A stretch of DNA of 64,000 nt from NCBI RefSeq assembly GCF_009914755.1, contig NC_060925.1, one strand, 5' to 3'. The translations under genes and the position numbers were made by a program. The notes below the pieces were generated by a model. The model was given only the letters and a program-made list of their open reading frames with translations. It did not search any database and was not told where the DNA came from. Source of the stretch: the human T2T-CHM13v2.0 reference genome, Homo sapiens. This document shows positions 60,401 through 64,000 of the stretch, in pieces; position 1 is the first letter of the stretch, and every line of letters begins with the position of its first letter.

Positions 60401-63400
60401 AAAATGAAATGAACTGAGGCAGCCAAAGAGATTATTTTATTCAGATGAGTGTTATTAGCCTTTCTGGCTTATTTTCTCTATTATGCATTTTGCTGATGCT
60501 GACAGAAGCAGGCAGGCTGGATAGAGAGGCAAAGCTGCAGTGGATTTATGGTCTGACAGTGTCATGCATAAAATCAGACCCTTGCTGACCCAGATAAGCC
60601 AGAGGATGGATTGGATTTGCTGGGGAAGGTGTTAAAAGAAGGAGGGGGTAAAAATCACCAAGGTAGGAAATGACTTGAAAACGATTCTGCCTGTAATGGT
60701 GGATGCTGGTTTTGTGACCCAGTAGTACAGCGGCAGCCTGAAGGTATCTTTCAAAGACAGACGGGCAGGCAGGGGGCGGGCACACTTCTCTGGGCTTATC
60801 ACAGCTTTGGCTTCAGCGTTGCCAGCAATGAGATCAGAGGAGGAGAGTTCAGAGACAGAGAAAAGTGCCAAAGGCAAAAATAATATAGTCTACATATGGA
60901 GAAATGAACTTTCAAATTTTCAGGGACAAGTGAGTACCACAAATTGTCTTCGGTAGCCTAGACAGATGATTAGAAAGGATTCAAGCAGTGGTAGACCCAC
61001 CTTCTCAAAATAGCCTAAATTGTCCCCTATAATCAGGTTTGGGGGAAGGACTGTATGAAAATAAGATTCTTGTGGCTCTGGATTAGTTCCATGGAGCAGA
61101 ACCACACCCTTGAGAGAACAGCATGCCCAAGAGCCGGACCTTAGGAATCTGCTTTGAAGTAGAGAACTGGACTAGCACCATGTCTGACATCTATTAAGTG
61201 CTTAATCACGATTTCCTGAATGATTATAGGACCAAGGTTCTTGTGGGTTAGGTCAGAGAACTAGGAATGGCCCCCAAATTTAAGCTATCGTAGACACTAA
61301 CTGGAAATGTCTCCATCAATTTATGTTAAGTGAGAGATTCTGCCTTCCTTTCAACCACCCCTATGGCACGGTGCTCACAGCAGAAAGGAGGCAAATGGAG
61401 GGTCTTCATATCTCTTAAGATAGATCTATGGATCCCATAAGACCAGACACGGGGGTCTACACAAGATTTGAATCTCTGCCATCCACATTTCTTGCCTAGT
61501 TTCTGATATCTTATTGTCCAGGCTCCTTCTCTGAGTCCCTGATGTCTTCTTATTTCATTCATTCATTTAACAAATATTAATTGAGCCTCCTATTATGGGC
61601 TAGCCACTATTCTAGGAATAAAAGGATCAACATTCTTTTTTCTGACCTGCTTCTCCCATGTTTGCAGACTTCCTGGATCCAAGACATGGCTTTCCTGCTC
61701 CTAAACTGTGCATCAGCCACAACCCACATCTTATCCTGGTCTTGTGGCTTGTGTGTACATTGGCTTGGATGAACCCACTGCAAAACCCTGATTTGGCTGA
61801 CTTAGAAAATCTGCCTGCCCACCAGCTCTCTCTATAGCTTCTGTAGACCTGGGACCTTCCCTTTGTTTACATCCCATGTGTTAGCACTAGCATTCCCAGA
61901 ACTATAGGGAGGAATGAATAAAGAGGCTGTTAAACCCTCTTGGTACAATCTACATGCTACAATGCCACCCCAATATAATCCATAGAACTAAGGGCCTAGA
62001 AATGCACTTAGGTATTAAATATGCTCCCTGAAAGCCCCCCAAAATAGGCTGTGATCACATCAAAGGCCTGAGCTGACTCATTCACTCAGTTAAACTAAAA
62101 CACCATAGCAAGGGTAAAAGACAGAACAAAGGTGTGATCAATGACCGAGGAACATAAAATTTATACGTTTCTCAGCTTAAAAAGAATTCGTAACCATCAA
62201 TATCATGTTGACAGTTGGATCCACAAAGTCCATAGAAAAACCTGTGAACAACTCTACAATTATATCTTTGATTTTTTCTTCTCTAGTTAATTAAGATGTC
62301 ACCAGAAGCCCTATAAGTAATTATAGCACATGACAAACATACAGAGAAAAAAAAATACACACAGATGTGTTAGCAGATTTTTAAAATAAATGAAACCTTG
62401 GGAAATGACTGAGGCAGACAGTCTGGCTCACCCCTGGTAGTTCATTCTAGAGAAATAAATACCTGTCTGTGCCAAAGTGGAATGACGTCACTCAGAAATC
62501 CACACACTTATCAAAGCAGTAACCACCCCCTTAAGAGCAAGCATCTCTCTGGCACCAGGCATGAGCGGAGAAGTTTGATCTACAGCCAGAAACTCCTCCT
62601 GGCTAGCAAATTGTACTGTAGTATGCCAAATAGCAATAAGCCACTGAGAAGAAAGGGTATCCATAAAGATCTCCCCCTCCCAAACACCCGTCCCTGGGAC
62701 AATGAGTCCCCTTACATGGCTCATAACAACAATGAAAAGGAGGGAAAAAAAATAAAATTCTTGATTCTGTGAAACTATAGATCTAAATGGAATGAAGTCT
62801 ACACAGTCATCAGATTGGCTGCATGTGTCATTATCAGTTCTCATGTGTTATTTGGATATTTATCTTGCCTTTATTAGAAGGAAGTCTCTTTTTGTGTGGG
62901 GGTGCAGGAGGAACAACCCCCAGGCCCAGTAAGGAATTCTCTTGAGGACAGGGTATATTTAGAATGTTTAATGAACACCTATCACCAAGAATAGGTGGGT
63001 CCTTAATCAGTATTGACTAACAACAGATGCCAGAGCCAAAGCAATCCTGTAAATGTTGAGGACAGAAAGACCATGATTCATTTAATGACTAGTTAATATG
63101 TTCAGCCTCCACCAATCTTGCCAAATCAGCTGCTCCAGTGTGTATCTGTGCTCACTCTCTGGGTGGCTACTGAATGACCAAATTTGTATGTCCATTGGCT
63201 TGTGTACTCTAAATTACAGCATATTATTAACCATGTTGATACTTTACTGGCAAAACTTTAAAGGGCTGAGTGGTATAAGAGAAGCCCTAGTCAATTTCCA
63301 GGTTAGTAGATCAAATTAGCGAGTTCAGGTCCTTAAGGAATCTGGATGAACAATGTGAAACTCCATCTACACTCTGTGGAAAGCGCCTTGAACTATGCTT

Positions 63401-63513
63401 AAGACACAGAGTCTAGGCTTAGCTCTGCCACTTACTAGCCAGGTAACTTTGGGCAAGTCACAAATGCATTCTGGGTCTCAAAATCTCTTCACCTGTTTTA
63501 AAAAGTAAATGGA

Positions 63514-63675
63514 AGCCAGGTATGGTGACACGTGCCTGTACTCCTGGCTACTCGGGAAGCTGAGGTGGGAAGATCGCTTGAGCCCAGGAGCTTGAGGCCA
63601 TAGTGCACAATGATTGTGCCTGTAAATGACCAGCCTGGGTAACATAGGACCTGTCTCTTAAAAAATAAATAAATA
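63514..63675 (+). mobile_element. Old Alu monomer (FAM/FRAM-like); its A-tail is the target of the RAP1GDS1-L1 insertion
   Basis: A single diverged Alu arm ending in tctctt aaaaaataaataaata. Confidence 0.8.
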
Positions 63676-63878
63676 GAGACGGAGGTAGAGGGAGGACACA
63701 GAGCCGCGCCGCCTGCACCAGAGACCTTCGCCTCGCCCCGCCGGTTCCTCACCCTCGGGGAGCAACATGGATAATCTCAGTGATACCTTGAAGAAGCTGA
63801 AGATAACAGCTGTTGACAAGACTGAGGATAGTTTAGAAGGATGCTTGGATTGTCTGCTTCAAGCCCTGGCTCAAAATA
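63676..63878 (+). pseudogene. RAP1GDS1: Retrocopied spliced RAP1GDS1 (SmgGDS) 5'UTR plus exons 1-2, carried as an L1 5' transduction
   Basis: A GC/CpG-rich leader precedes an ATG at 63767 encoding MDNLSDTLKKLKITAVDKTEDSLEGCLDCLLQALAQN, the recognised SmgGDS N-terminus. No intron is present. The match stops at c.112 and the ORF ends K-stop at 63883. Confidence 0.9.
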
Positions 63879-63892
63879 AATGATTCAGTGTA

Positions 63893-64000
63893 GGGGGGAG
63901 GAGCCAAGATGGCCGAATAGGAACAGCTCCGGTCTACAGCTCCAGCGTGAGCGACACAGAAGACGGGTGATTTCTGCATTTCCATCTGAGCTTTGAAGAG
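63893..64000 (+). mobile_element. 5' end of a young L1 (L1PA2/L1HS-like) with a spliced 5'UTR (SpIRE 97/622 type); continues past the window
   Basis: GGGGGGAGGAGCCAAGATGGCCGAATAGGAACAGCTCCGG...TTTCCATCTGAG is L1 nt 1-97. It is followed directly by CTTTGAAGAG (L1 ~nt 622) instead of the unspliced GTACCGGG. Confidence 0.92.

Noticed and set aside
63676-63883. Possible genuine RAP1GDS1 locus or a conventional processed pseudogene
   Set aside because: Exons 1-2 are intronless, only the 5' end is present (processed pseudogenes keep the 3' end), there is no poly-A, and it is fused to L1 nt 1. A 5' transduction fits better.

Overview
This is primate (human-like) genomic DNA and is mostly intronic. 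The minus strand carries four consecutive coding exons of SRGAP2 (F-BAR region, residues ~87-277): 54180-54342, 13440-13502, 4607-4822 and 3839-3967. All have GT-AG boundaries and join in frame. The four arginine codons that I recall as substituted in SRGAP2C (R108, R205, R235, R250) are all ancestral here, so the window looks like SRGAP2A, SRGAP2B or an ape ortholog rather than SRGAP2C or SRGAP2D. The introns hold about 25 Alus plus old L1M, L2, MIR, MER20, MER5, MLT1 and a deleted solo LTR12. The most striking structure is at the 3' end (63676-64000, + strand). It is a retrotransposed chimeric mRNA: spliced RAP1GDS1 exons 1-2, a 14-nt linker, and a young L1 5'UTR that has itself been spliced (nt 97 joined to ~622). 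It is inserted at a TT/AAAA site in the A-tail of an Alu monomer, antisense to SRGAP2. Gene identities, repeat subfamily calls and most repeat boundaries come from recalled consensus sequences, not from database searches.
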